Positions 1-19,902 of a stretch of DNA of 64,000 nucleotides are shown here, piece by piece. The stretch is from positions 33,728,001 to 33,792,000 of the forward strand of contig CM022671.1 of NCBI GenBank assembly GCA_012295275.1, written 5' to 3'. Position 1 is the first letter of the stretch, and every line of letters starts with the position of its first letter. A program made the translations under genes and the position numbers. Source of the DNA: Chrysomallon squamiferum. Its lineage: Eukaryota; Animalia; Mollusca. The notes beneath the pieces are model-generated. The model was not told where the DNA came from, ran no database searches, and worked only from the letters and a program-made list of their open reading frames with translations.

Positions 1-152
1 ATTCTCAACCTTTGACGACGTCTCTGAAAGCACGCTGATCGCTGCTGCTGTAGTAGGTGTTCGCTGTGTGGCCACGAGCGACAGTTTTCGTAGAGCGAGT
101 TCACGGAGTGGATGACGTTGTTTTCGTGTATCCCTGGATAGCAGGATCAATC
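1..152 (-). CDS. Possible coding exon of a gene continuing beyond the window start
   Basis: CAG acceptor at 155-153, then one frame open to the window edge (LILLSRDTRKQRHPLRELALRKLSLVATQRTPTTAAAISVLSETSSKVEN). GC-richer than its flanks. The polypyrimidine tract is weak and I recognise no family. Confidence 0.25.
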
Positions 153-840
153 CTGTGTGTGTATGTTTGTGTGTGTCTCCGTGTGTGAGTATCTGTTTGT
201 GTGTATTTTTGTATGTGCTTGTGTGTGTGTGTGTGTGTAAATGTGTGTATTTAATATCTTTGTGTGTATATAATTGTGCGTGAGTATGTATTTGTATCTG
301 TGTATGAAAGTGCGTGTATGTACGTGTGCATGTGTTTACGTGTATGTATTGTTGTTTGTGTATTAATGTTTTTATGTTTGTGTTTTTGCGGTAAATATGT
401 GTATACATTTATGGTGTTAAATTTGCGTGTGTATATATGTCTATATAAATACTTGGGAAACATAATTTTACTAATATTTATTTTTTTATTTTCATTTGTA
501 TACAATAATCTTTAAAAAGATTCACACAAAAATTATATTTGAATATATATATATTCAAATATAATGTTTTTGTGAATCTTTCTATTTTCATTTATATGAT
601 AGTATAATATCTAAAATTAGACTATCGTCTAAAACAGTGATGTAAGAACGCTAGAGATATGTATATTTATGTATATATGTATTTATGTGTATATTCTTTA
701 GTTGTCGATGATGTATTTTTGAAAGACAAATGCACGTGCAGGTGTGAAAGTCTGGTAAGTTGTGTTTACACATGTTGTCTCTGCTGCTGACACGCACGTG
801 TTAACTTTATTAGAGTACAGACTGAAAGGGCAAGCGTTGC

Positions 841-1627
841 CAGTAACACGTTCACAAAAACACGTTACGTGTATGAAACATCACACAGCAGTAACACGTT
901 CACAGAAACACGTTACGTGTATGAAACATCACACAGCAGTAACACGTTCACAGAAACACGTTACGTGTATGAAACATCACACAGCAGTAACACGTTCACA
1001 GAAACACGTTACGTGTATCAAACATCACACAGCAGTAACACGTTCACAGAAACACGTTACGTGTACCAAACATCACACAGCAGTAACACGTTCACAGAAA
1101 CACGTTACGTGTATCAAACATCACACAGCAGTAACCAGCCCGAGCGTCACGTTACGTGTATGAAACATCACACAGCAGTAACACGTTCACAGAAACACGT
1201 TACGTGTATCAAACATCACAGCAGTAACACGTTCACAGAAACACGTTACGTGTATCAAACATCACACAGCAGTAACACGTTCACAGAAACACGTTACGTG
1301 TATGAAACATCACACAGCAGTAACACGTTCACAGAAACACGTTACGTGTATCAAACATCACACAGCAGTAACACGTTCACAGAAACACGTTACGTGTATC
1401 AAACATCACACAGCAGTAACACGTTCACAGAAACACGTTACGTGTATCAAACATCACACAGCAGTAACCGGCCCGAGCGTCACGTTACGTGTATCAAACA
1501 TCACACAGCAGTAACCAGCCGGAGCGTCACGTTACGTGTATCAAACATCACACAGCAGTAACCGGCCCGAGCGTCACGTTACGTGTATCAAACATCACAC
1601 AGCAGTAACCGGCCCGAGCGTCACGTT
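841..1627. repeat. 47/48-bp minisatellite, about 16.5 units of two types
   Basis: Unit A is cagtaacacgttcacagaaacacgttacgtgtat(g/c)aaacatcacacag. Unit B replaces acgttcacagaaa with c(a/g)gcc(c/g)gagcgt. It explains the repetitive ORFs at 762-1561. Confidence 0.95.
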
Positions 1628-1679
1628 AATGTCAGTAAGGAAAGCATGCTACAGCGTACTGGTTTTTGTTATAGGAGCT

Positions 1680-2440
1680 GGTGTAACAGTAGCAGTAGTA
1701 GTAGTAGTAGTAGTAGTAGTAACCGTTGTAACAGTAATAGTAGTAGTACTAACAGTACTAGCATTAGTAGTAGTAACAGTAGTAACAGTAGTAGTAGTAG
1801 TAGTAGTAGTAACAGTAGTAATAGTAGCAGTAGTAGTAGTAGTAGTAGTAGTAACAGTAGTAGTAATAGTAGTAGTACTAACAGTACTAGCATTAGTAGT
1901 AGTAACAGTAGTAGTAATAATAGTAACAGTAGTAGTAATAGTAGCAGTAGTAGTAGTAGTAGTAGTAGTAGTAACAGTAGTAGTAATAGTAGTAGTACTA
2001 ACAGTACTAGCATTAGTAGTAGTAAAGTAGTAGTAGTAGTAGTAATAGTAGTAACAGTAGTAGTAATAGTAGCAGTAGTAGTAGTAGTAGTAGTAGTAGT
2101 AACAGTAATAGTAGTAGTAGTAGTAGTAGTAGTAACAGTAGCTGCATTATCAGTAGTAGTTGTAGTAGTAACATTAGTGGTAACAGTCGCAGTAAGAGTA
2201 GTAGTACTACTAGTAGTAGGGATAATAATAGCAGAAACAGTTGTAGTAGATGAAGAAGCAGTAGTAGTAGTAGTAATGGCAGCAACAGCAACAGTAGTAG
2301 TACTATTTGTAGTATTAATAATGGTAATTGCAGTAATAATAGCAGTAGTACAAGAAGCAGTAGTAGATGTAGCAGCAACAGTAGTAATAGTATTACTTTT
2401 ATTACAAGAAGTAGTACTACTTATAATTGTAGTAGTACAT
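1680..2440. repeat. Compound/degenerate (GTA)n trinucleotide repeat
   Basis: gtagtagta runs with recurring gtactaacagtactagcatta blocks. Source of the poly-V/S/L ORFs. Confidence 0.95.
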
Positions 2441-3169
2441 CAGTAGCGATCAGTGTTTTCAAAAATAATGCAGTACTATTGATAGCAATAGAGTGCTTAG
2501 ATATGAACATTCATGAACATTTCATTAAATCACAGTTCAGATAAATCTTAAATTCGATTTTTATCACAGCAGACGTTTGGCTAATTACCGTCAAGTCATT
2601 AAATAAAATAAAATCCAGCAAACTGGTAAAACAAATAACACAAGCTCTTTATAAAGTATAACATTTTTACAACACTATTTACTCATTTCATAAATTGTGC
2701 TAAAAAAGTGTGTTTTCTTTGTTTACTGATAGTAACTATGGAAACACTCCCACATTCATCTTGCTAGATCATAACGACTCGGTGTAAAATATATGATTGG
2801 TTATAATAAAGTATAACTAAAAAACAGTTAAAGGAGTTAAATTTATTAAGAGAGAGAGAGAGAGGAACACGACATCCATATTCACAGTAATATATTTTGT
2901 TTTCCATCTTGTTCTTGTTGTTTCTACATATTTCGTTTCCGATTTTAATTTATTCAGTATTTATTCAGTTTTCTGTCTCTTTAATTAATTATTTATCTAA
3001 ATTTATGATAATTATATTCAGGAACATGAATGTTTTTTTGTTGTTTTTTTTTTCTAAATAAAGCAACAAATAATTTTGTGCGGACAAGTCTTAGTAGATT
3101 TGTTCGCGCGAACAGATCGGACGGGGCTCGTTATCGGAAAAAAAAAACCCGTCGACGATTCAGTTAGAA

Positions 3170-9092
<5,923 letters not shown>

Positions 9093-9386
9093 CAACAGCT
9101 TCGGAGAAAATGAACTGGTTAAACAGAATGTTATATAACTGTCGAAGAAAGACATTTAAAAAATAAGTATTCAAGTATTACTAATTAATTAATTATTATA
9201 ACTGCTAATGATAATGATAGTAATAATATCTTTATTTTTAATTTTCTTGATGTTTTAAGTAAAAATTGTGCAGAGCGTTATATTGATTGCTTCGTGTTTA
9301 TCTTGTTAATGTTATTGAAGTTTTCTTGTTAATTTTATTTACTTAAATCATCGAATAGGGAATATTATAATACAGTGTTTAAAGAA

Positions 9387-9506
<120 letters not shown>

Positions 9507-10246
9507 AGGAAAGAAAGGGGGAGAGATTCAGAGAGATAGATGGAGAAAAACTCAGAGAGAGAGAGAGAGAGAGACACGAAGAGGAAAAGAATAATAAAAG
9601 TTATTATTATTATTATAATTGTGTATGAGAGTATGTGTATATCCCATTCTAACTGCTCCATTCCACCCACACAATCAACAAACAAACAACAACAACAATA
9701 AAAAAATTTAAAAAATTGGTTAGGAACAACTGTTAAGAATTTTTATCAGTATTGTTCAATGCATGTTTATTCATCATTTATCAAACTGACAATCTCATTC
9801 ATTCAGTCATTCACTCATTTATTCATTCATTCATCAACCAATTTGTTCATTCATTGCATCTAAAAATATTATATTCGCTAGACAGACCGTATACCACAGA
9901 TTCGCAGAATCTACATAACGCAATTTATCTATGGACAGCAATTTCAGCAAACGTCCCTACTTGACGTCAGATAGATGAATATTGGAATTCCGTTTTCTGT
10001 CAAGAACATTTCATTAGAAGCGATCAAATAGAATCAATCTTGTAGAACGGACACAGACATTTTGTGTCCCTCGTCGAGTATATAAAAGAAATATTGACGT
10101 ATTCTGTGAAGTATGTCGCACAATTTAATCTTCCTTTGAGCTTCCTGCGGGAGACAAGAATTGCCACAGACGTAAATTAATTTGCTGTGCTGAAGAAGAA
10201 AGTTATTTAGTATAGATCTTTTTTATGTATCTCGTGTAGAATTATC

Positions 10247-10301
<55 letters not shown>

Positions 10302-10911
10302 TTCATTTAGTTATTTTGTTTTATTTTATTTGGTTTTTATGCTCATTTAGCTTTCTTTGAGTAGATGTGTTTATGTGTATGTATGTATGTATGTTTATGT
10401 ATGTATGTATGTAAGTATGTGTGTGTGTGTAAGTATGTATGTATGTTTGTGTATATATGTATGTATGTATGTATGCATGTATGTATGTTATGGATATGTA
10501 TATATGTATGTGCAAATGTGTGTGTGTATTTGTTTTATGTGTTTGTCTAAGAAAGTACGTATGTTTTATACTGATTGAAGTACTGTACATTTACAGACAG
10601 TCACATATTTACGTTTATTTCATTTACAAAACAGTAATAATTATATGTAAATGTGCGATACATAACAACAACCTGTTAATCAGTCGCATATTCATACATT
10701 TTGTAAACTGTCCAAACATCAGCTTAAAAATATCAGAAAAAAGATTTTCCTTAAATAAATTTTATTTCGTATATCAAGTAAAACAAACACTGAAAATAAC
10801 AGTTAAAATATGGAATAAAACAGGAAAATGTTTCTGACTTAGTGATTTAAGATAAAAACAAATATTTTGATTTAAATTGTCTTGAAGTAATACTACTAAA
10901 TAGTAAATTGA

Positions 10912-10967
<56 letters not shown>

Positions 10968-11703
10968 TATTAGCAGTAATAGTAGCAGCAGTAGTAATAA
11001 TAGTAGTAGTAATAATAGTAGTAGTAATAATAATGATAATAATAACAACAATAGAAATAATAATTAAAAACAAATGAAATTATAATGACTGTTTCAGAAG
11101 CGATTAATTAAAATAAAATGCTGAACATTAATAAAAACTTGCTATTTATGTACATCAGAGAAATGTGTTTGTAAAAATCACATGCTTGTTTTAATTTTAT
11201 CTGTTAGTCTGAATATCGTTAGTTTATTAATGACAAGTCATACCTATACATTTAATAATTAAATATCATAACACACTAATTTAAAAGTGCTGCTTACACA
11301 TTCACAATCACACACGCACACACGTTTATATATATATATGTATGTACGCACACACATACACATATATATATACATACGTACATATACTAACGAACAAACA
11401 CATACATACATACATACATACATACATACATACATACGTACCCACACAACAATATAATGAATACACATACACGACAAATACGGGGTGTTTCTTTGATTTT
11501 TTGTGTAATTAAGTTTTGTCTGGTATTAATTAATTAATATATTGATGACAAAGATAGTGTAACATAATAAACCTTCTTTATGTTTTTAAACTGTGTACAT
11601 CAGTCTGTAGATTTACGCTCTCAGTCTACTTAATTTTTGTTTATCAGTTATTCCTATTTTCAGTAAAAACATCAGTATTTTCAGTAAAAACATTTATGTT
11701 GGA

Positions 11704-11739
<36 letters not shown>

Positions 11740-12262
11740 AATATAAATAAGGAAGTTTAAAATATTCTTCAAAAGATGAAATTAAAACGTGTTTCTCAGT
11801 GTAAATTATCAGTATTCATGAAAATAAAGTAATATTGACAACAACGGATTGAGAAGAAGAGCCACAGAGAGGTGGGGTGGTTTGATTGTCTTTCTCTTTC
11901 TTGGTGGGTGATGGGAGCTGTCAGAAAACGTAATGTATGATTGAGTTTGTTTCAATACTTTCGTATATTACGTGTAACTATTCAAACACTCGTACACGCC
12001 CACGCACACGTCAACACCCTACACACACTTACATAAACATACACATAATATATTTTAAAGTTGATCTAAGTTGAACTTCTTTTAGTCGGCATTCGTTTAC
12101 TGCACCGTGATGTGTCATTAATGTAACTCGAATATCGATGAACTCGAATAATTCAAATTAACACCATTTAATTTCGACATTAAAAATCGTAAACTGCATG
12201 CCTTTGATGGATTATTTCCGTAAACATTCGCAAATAATCGTTAAAATATAACAGTTCAAGAT

Positions 12263-14394
12263 TTATGATGCCTCAAAGGAATTTCCCCACAGAAGAATTT
12301 TCAGTTTGGGTTTCGATGACGTCACAATACGTAATCGATATTTCAGATTGTCTGACGTAGCTGCAGGGTTTGTGTGTTCCTTACCCAGTCTGTTGTAGCA
12401 CAGTTTCAACATGTGAATCGACGTGTTCTTCTCCATAGCGTCCAGCAACTTGGAGAAACCGTCGTTGGTGACACCACACATGTTCAGACCAATACTCGTC
12501 AGCGTCGACGTCCTCTCCAGCGACGTAGTGAGCTTGTAAATACCAGCGTCTTCCAGGGCGTTGACACTGAGATCCAGGTGCCGCAGTTTCTTACTCGTGG
12601 AAATCACGTCAGCCACGACGTCGCAGCCTGCCGGTGTTATTCCGCATTTCTCGAAGTTGATCGTCGTCAGGCCGGTGTCGGGGACGTAGTGAGACAGCGC
12701 CTCGACGCCCTCGTCGCCGATCACGTTGCGACTTATGTCCAGTTCCAACAGAGTCTTGTTTCTGCTCAGACCTTCGACCAGCTTGTAGCAGCCTTTGCTG
12801 GTGATGTTGTTGCTGCGGAGTCGAAGTTTCTGCAACGTCGTATTGCACTTGATCATGTCCCTGAGGACAGCACAACCTTGGTCACCAAAATCCAGAAAGC
12901 TCAGGTCCAGGTCGAGAAGAGTCCGGTTAAGCGTGATGGCGCCGACCACCAAACGACAGGATGCGAGATCGAGTCCAGAAGAGGACAGATTCAGCTGACG
13001 CAAACACGAATTCACTTTCAGCATGTGTGAAATAGCTTCAGCGGCGTTTTGGTCTATGCTGTTTAAACGAAAGTCCAGAGAACAAATACTGTTGTCTAGG
13101 GCAACGGCACTGGCAATCACAGCAATGTCGTCGCCGGACAGTTGTGTCTTGCCGATCTGAAGTTCAAGGATGCAGTCGTAGTTTTTGATGACGTCGGCTA
13201 AAGCTTTGGCGCGCTTTCCAGAAAGGTTGTATCCTGTGATACAGATGTTGACCACAGGTACAAAGTCGTCGTGAATGCTGTTCAGAAGGCTTGCATCACT
13301 GCCCCATGAATTTGCAGACATTTTGGAATTCCTTTTGCTCAACCCGTTGTCTCTGTTAACCCGTTCCAACTCCAGCAGAGGTTTCAGAACACCACTGTCA
13401 TGATTCAGATAACCGACATCGAAGGATATTTTCTTTTCATCGGCCATCACAGGATTAGTCTCCCCATTAACACATGGAATGTCATGAACCAGACTGTCTA
13501 TGCTCTTCATGACTTGCAGAACATCAGAAACACGTCGATTATCCTCGCAGTCTCTCAACACATCACAGAAGTCAGAGAACTGAGAGTAGCTGCCGCTCGC
13601 CAAGCTGTTCACTAAATTCTCGGTCACCAATCGTTTGTCTGGATGATCCTTGAAAATCAGCAGTTCCCTGTCTCCGATAACACCAGAGTCGTGAAGTTTC
13701 TGGAGAAGAGGCGTCGAGTCGAGCCTCTGACACAACAGGTCAGCAATGCTGAGCATTATAAACTTCTGACGTGAGCAGTCATTGCGGTCGCTGGATTTTC
13801 GCCTCAAGCGGACAGGTTTTTTAGGCGTCAAGCTGGGAGAAGAGTTTTTGATTTTGGAATTATTGTTTTGACTAGCGTTCAGCGAGGAATCCGAACTCTT
13901 GATGGAACTAGATAATCCATTTTCTTTGGAATGATTTTTGTAGTGGTTCTTCTTTTTCTGGCGAGGACTGCTCTTAACAATAACAGGGACAACGTCTTTG
14001 ACGTCGATTCCTGTGCTTTTTATTTGTATTCCGTTGACGGGGATGATGCTCTGTGGCTGCGACATCACCACCGAATTTCTAGCAGAACCGCCGTCCAGGG
14101 AACTTCTGGGATTGTTTATACTCGAGGAACGAAACAGAAAGAGCCGCGGCGGTTTCGGAGGAGGCTTCAGACTGTTGCTCCTGTGGACATTGGTCCTCTC
14201 GACAACGTCTGGGAGGGAGCCTCGAAGAGGACTCAGACAGTCCTCATCCTTGTTCCCTTCTCTCGTCTGATCGTTACTCCACTCGAAACTAATTATCTCC
14301 CTTTTACTTCTTGGTTTGTGCTCAGAACGTCGAGTGGAAAGTTTGCGCCAGAATTTCCAAGTGGAACTGTTGGATGGGTGACGGGATCCACTGT
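12263..14394 (-). CDS. Main (last) coding exon of a CARD-like death-fold + RI-type LRR protein (NLRC3/NOD-like LRRs, no NACHT)
   Basis: The 602-aa track ORF stays open upstream to a polypyrimidine-CAG acceptor (ttttcttcttttcttcaaacag, 14397-14395), adding SGSRHPS...PPPKPPR...NSV. CARD-like helices lie at about 13774-13511 (LLCQRLDSTPLLQKLHDSGVI...FSDFCDVLR). About 11-12 repeats of ~28 aa (LxLxxNxIxxxG type) run from about 13258 to the TAA at 12265-12263. Confidence 0.93.
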
Positions 14395-14744
14395 CTGTTT
14401 GAAGAAAAGAAGAAAATAATTACCACAATATTGATGATTTAGATCCATTTTATTTTACAAATTATTATTAATATTATTATTATTATTATTATTTTTTTTT
14501 TTTTTTTTAATTAACAACTGACAAACATCAAGCAGTAGTAAACAAAATATGTAACAAAACATTTCTCTTTGTTGTTTTGGATTCTTAAACTGAGAGATGC
14601 ACAATCTGCCTAGCGAAAGAGAAACTAACAGATACTCAAAACTGTGTGAAAATAATATATTTTAAATGCATGTCTAAAAATTAATATTACTGAAGTTAAC
14701 GGTAAACAAAACTATTTATAACAAAAAACTGAGATTTAAGTTAG

Positions 14745-14885
<141 letters not shown>

Positions 14886-16532
14886 TACATCCAAAGTTGC
14901 AGATGCAGAAGCCAAGGACTGCGGACAGATCAATATAAAAAATTTAAAAAAACATAAATATCATTACGTAATTAAATTAATCTCACTAATCAAGGCAAAA
15001 ACAACCCTACAATCATGAAAAACAAGACACTTAAACCTCATCCTCCACCGAACAAGAGAAAATCCTCTAATCCAAACACTCGAAACGCTTTTATGCCTGT
15101 CTCTACGGAGATGTGTATTCTCTATATTTTAATGGAGCTACTCCGAAATGAGTGTCGTGGTATTTAGCAATGAACCGCATCAATCGAACTCGAGCGGTAG
15201 CAAGTGCTTACTTATTGGTGAATCAATACAAGCTTAGTCCTGGGAGAATAAAGCTTAGATTCCCAGCCAGTATTGTACAAGACAGCGAAACCAAAGACTG
15301 CGTACCCTCGCCAAAATGCACGACAAGTGTCGAACAACAAAAAAAAAAAAAAATCCTATGAATAATTTAAACACATAGTTATGGTGGGGTTTCGTTGGAA
15401 TAGCAAGGGAAAGGCAACTGTTTGGCTGCTGGTAACAGCTTCTGTTTGAAGCTTCAAATAATGAGACATATAATGACAAACTGATGTTACACAGAAGAGC
15501 AGAAATAGAAAGATTAAAAGATTACCTGATGATTGGATTTTAGATTGTTTTTGATTGTAATCCATATTGTGTAGCTCGTGGATAAATAAGTTGTTTAATG
15601 AGAGATGCGTTTTCTCGATATGATTAAAATAATTTTGAAATAGATGAATTTGAGTTCCTATTTGTTACCTTTGTACATTTAGAACTATTTCAAAAGTCTG
15701 CCATAATCATTCAACTCAGATGATTACCAAAACATGAACTTATCTAAAGAAAACCAATAAAAAGATTTATATATTTTGTAGTACACAAAACGCCCCATTC
15801 TCCGTTTCTCCCCCTTCTCTCTCTGACTCTCTGTCACTCTGTCATATCTGTATACAAACACATTTACATCGATTGTAATCACCCAAACATACTTTATCAT
15901 TCTTTCCATTCATCCATCATTATATCCTTCCCTAAAGCCATTTGTCGTCCTCTTGTCCTTTTCTTTTTCTAAATATTTATATACACTAATGTACAAATGA
16001 AGTCTAAACCTTATAAGAAAACATAAACAACTATCACGTATATAAAACACATTATTTATCTAAGCGGTGATTTCTACTAATTTTCCATAAGCCTTTGGGG
16101 TAAATGTACGTACTGTCTGTTGCCATGACGACAGACAATTTACGTTGGTCCTTGTTAAATGGGAACGCTTATCCCAGTAGATTAGAGAAACAAGACAAAT
16201 GGCAGGAACACGGGCGAAAAACAAACGTAGTTTACCCATGATTTACAAGACTGGAATTCTGAGTGTGAACGTAACTGCATTTGAAAGAACCATTATTTAG
16301 CAAAGTGATAAAAAAATAAACCATTTTAACTATCGATTAAGTTTCTTATTAGAATTACATTTCCTACTGGAACACCGTTATTTAATACAGTAGAATAATA
16401 TAAACTGTTATAATTATCGATTTCGTTGTTTGTTTGTTTTTTTAAAAATTAAAATGACGTCATTTAATACAGGAAAATAAACTAAATCGTTATATTTTTA
16501 TGGATTACATTTCTTATATAAAAAAAATCATT

Positions 16533-16570
<38 letters not shown>

Positions 16571-16821
16571 TCTCTGTGTGTGTGTGTGTGTTATTCTTCA
16601 TGAATGTTTCAAAATATCTCTACAGATGATTACCAGATTTCAGTCAAAACGTGAAAAATTCTGTAGACTCGTCAGAAAGATTTGATCCTGTGAGATCAGA
16701 GGTGAGATTTATTTAATTAATTAATTTACTAAAGGTGTATATAAATAAGCACCATTCATTCAAAATATAATTTTAAAAAGTTAAATAAATTAACTTGACA
16801 CTAAATAAATAAACCTCACAC

Positions 16822-17040
16822 AACCATTAGCATGAAAATGAATTCAGATGTTGCTGACAGAACTAGTTCATATCAAATAGAGGGATCGTTAAGATGGGTA
16901 TAATTTCTAGAACAAAATTAATTACATTAATAAATAAAAAAATCAAAAAATCAAATCAAATCAAACAGAAAATAGAAAACAGAAAGATAAAATAAAAAAA
17001 ATAATAAAGATGAAAATGAAAAATAAAAATAAAAAAATAA
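16822..17040 (+). repeat. Direct repeat copy 1 (~220 bp)
   Basis: aaccattagcatgaaaatgaattcagatgttgctgacag...agagggatcgttaagatgggtataatttctagaacaaaattaattacattaata plus an A-rich tail. Near-identical copy at 19246. Confidence 0.9.
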
Positions 17041-18586
17041 AAAATGATAAGTTTAATAAATCAGATGCCTAATTCAGTTTTGAATTAAAGTTATTTAAAT
17101 CCATTAACATAAACATATATTTTGTGCATGCAGTTTGAAAATCTATATAAAAATATTAAAACAAACAAGCAATAAACAAATAAATAAAAACAACAACAAA
17201 ACGAAATAGAAACGAAATAAAACTACATCTCAGAATGTAAAATATAAAACGATGCAACTGAAATTTGATACGTTAATCTGCAAAGTTTTAATTTAAACAA
17301 GAATAAAATACAATAAAATTTAATGAATAAATTCAATGCTCTTATTTGATTTCTCGCGAATTATTTGATCTTGACGGAAGGGAGAAAAAAAAAAAAAAAA
17401 AAATACAACAAAAAATAAAAACAGCAGAACACAAAATAATGGCTCTCGTAATTTACAGTGAATGCTTTATAATTACTGGGCTAAAGAGAAAATAAGTCAT
17501 GCCTGACTCCTATGAAGAAAACATAAAACGACATTCAGTAAAATGGCAGTAAGGACAAAATTATTTACAATATTTAATATATGATTATAATATTATAATA
17601 TTATAATATTTTCGGTTAATAATAATAAGAAGAAGAAAGAAGAAGAAGAAGAAGAAGTAGAGCAACAACAACAACTGCAACAATAATAAAAAAATAAAAA
17701 AATAAATAAATAAAGGAGAAAATATGAAACAAAAAATAAAATAATAAATAAACATGAATATTCATATAACATTCTGTAAACGTATTACAAAGATGTATAT
17801 CTATTTCGCATGTCATTGACATTTGCGAAGAAAAACAAAAATGAAAAAACATCAAAAAAAAAAAAAGAAGAGAGAGAATACCTAATTCATCTGACTCAAT
17901 ACCATCCGAGTCAGAAGTATGAAAATGGCAGCCTTGGTGCCTATCCCAGGAAATCCCAGAACAGAAAAATCTTTCCACGTTATACAGAATCGAACACGCA
18001 GTCATGACTATGTCGCCTTCCTGCCAAGATGTACAACATATTTGTGCAAAAAATAGCCTGGGTGTTTCCCTTCCATCGTGAACCAATTACATAAAATCCT
18101 TTACACAACACCACAAAACTAACAGCGTATATGCACCAATTGTTTCCATTGTCCGGTTAAGCCAAGAGACTGTTTGGCTTTTCTGGAAGATCACAGTTTA
18201 ACTCGCAGAGTCGAACAGCTACTGTTGCTCTTGGTACCAATCTAAGGGAGATAAGGCTAAGCCGTTGAGTTCTATCGATTTTCAATCGTGGTAGAGTTGT
18301 CTGACATTTCATTATGTAGATCACTCGCAATATAGCGCATTGTTGGTGACTCAGAAGAAAAAACGTGTTGGCTTTGAACAGGGAATCCACAAGTACGAGT
18401 TCGTGACGCTTCGCATTCTAAGGTTGTGACCTTTCTGAAGATCTGGCGCTGCCCTTCAGGGAACCCACTAGGGATTTCAGACATTAAGCGGGTCATTTTC
18501 AAAGCAGTCACTATTAGCTGCGTGACTTAATTACGACAGTTCACAACCTCGATGTTAATTTGAAGAGACAACCAATTCTCTCTCTG

Positions 18587-18709
<123 letters not shown>

Positions 18710-18868
18710 ATAATATGAAACTAAAAATGGTTCCATTAAACTTTGACAGTGATAGAACAATGCACTACTTTGTCTTCTTTGGTTACTAAATTAAAAGTTA
18801 TCAAAAATAATTAAGTCCTATTAAAAGTCAAAAACCCGTCATCATTATCGTCGTCGTCGTCGTCGTCG

Positions 18869-18938
<70 letters not shown>

Positions 18939-19245
18939 TATTATTATTATTATTATTGCAACACTCACAAGGTATTATGTCAAACACGCTGAAACTTGGC
19001 TACGGCGTAACGAAGGATCAATCATTCCCTGTTCTATATCCCAGGCCTAGCAAGTACTCAAATGTCACTGTATGTATTTCATGGGAATAAATTATACATA
19101 TAAAATATTTATTTCTGTTAATCAATAAGCACAGCCCCTTGGGTTGATGAAAACAACTTCTCGTTCTTGAATTACGTAATTATAAACAAACACAAAAAAA
19201 AAAAAAAAAAAAAAGAAAGAAAGAAAGACAATTTTTTAATCTAAT

Positions 19246-19470
19246 AACCATTAGCATCAAAATGAATTCAGATGTTGCTGACAGGACTAGCTCAGTGATA
19301 TCGAACAGAGGGATCGTTAAGATGGGTATAATTTCTAGAACAAAATTAATTACATTAATAAAAAAAAAAATAAAGAAATAAAATCAAAAAAAATAGAAAA
19401 TAGAAAGCTAAAAATAAAAAAACGAATAAAGATGAAAAGGGAAAAAAAATAAAATAAAAATAAAAATTAG
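19246..19470 (+). repeat. Direct repeat copy 2 (~220 bp)
   Basis: Same sequence as 16822-17040, with a few substitutions and small indels. Confidence 0.9.
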
Positions 19471-19803
19471 AAAAAAATGTACCCACAAATGTCGGATTAA
19501 GACATGCCGAATACTGTTCCCTTTCATCGTGGATTCATTTATCACTAATCAAAAAGTTATTCATTCGTTTTTATCATGCTAAAACGTCAGCAGCGATCCA
19601 GTCTCTTTCGCCGCCCTCTGAGTAACGTTCAGTGACTGAAAATGTCATTTTAATGTTTTTAGGAAACTGTCACCTGTGCGCTGAGGAACAGTGACTCATT
19701 CTGTGTTGGGTTTGACACAGCGTTAATCAATTTTTCTTCTCCTTGGTCGATGTGATTAACTCTACACATCGCTAATAAATATCTATTTGTTATATTGTAT
19801 TAA

Positions 19804-19902
<99 letters not shown>

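Noticed and set aside
841-1627. CRISPR-like look (constant segment alternating with a variable one) and ORFs of 133-230 aa
   Set aside because: The variable parts are only two recurring 12-13-bp variants, not unique spacers. The context is eukaryotic with no cas genes. The ORFs are stop-free repeat translations.
13211-13234. Walker-A-like GYNLSGKR in the CARD-LRR protein
   Set aside because: It lacks the Ser/Thr after Lys, falls in register as the first LRR, and has no Walker B or NACHT context.
12374-14419. Plus-strand and alternate-frame ORFs overlapping the LRR exon (218, 88, 67, 71, 162 and 90 aa)
   Set aside because: Shadow ORFs of a GC-richer coding exon, with no motifs.
18157-18511. 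Short minus-strand ORFs (77 and 79 aa) as possible transposase or RT remnants
   Set aside because: No recognisable RT, integrase, transposase or recombinase motif in any frame I read.
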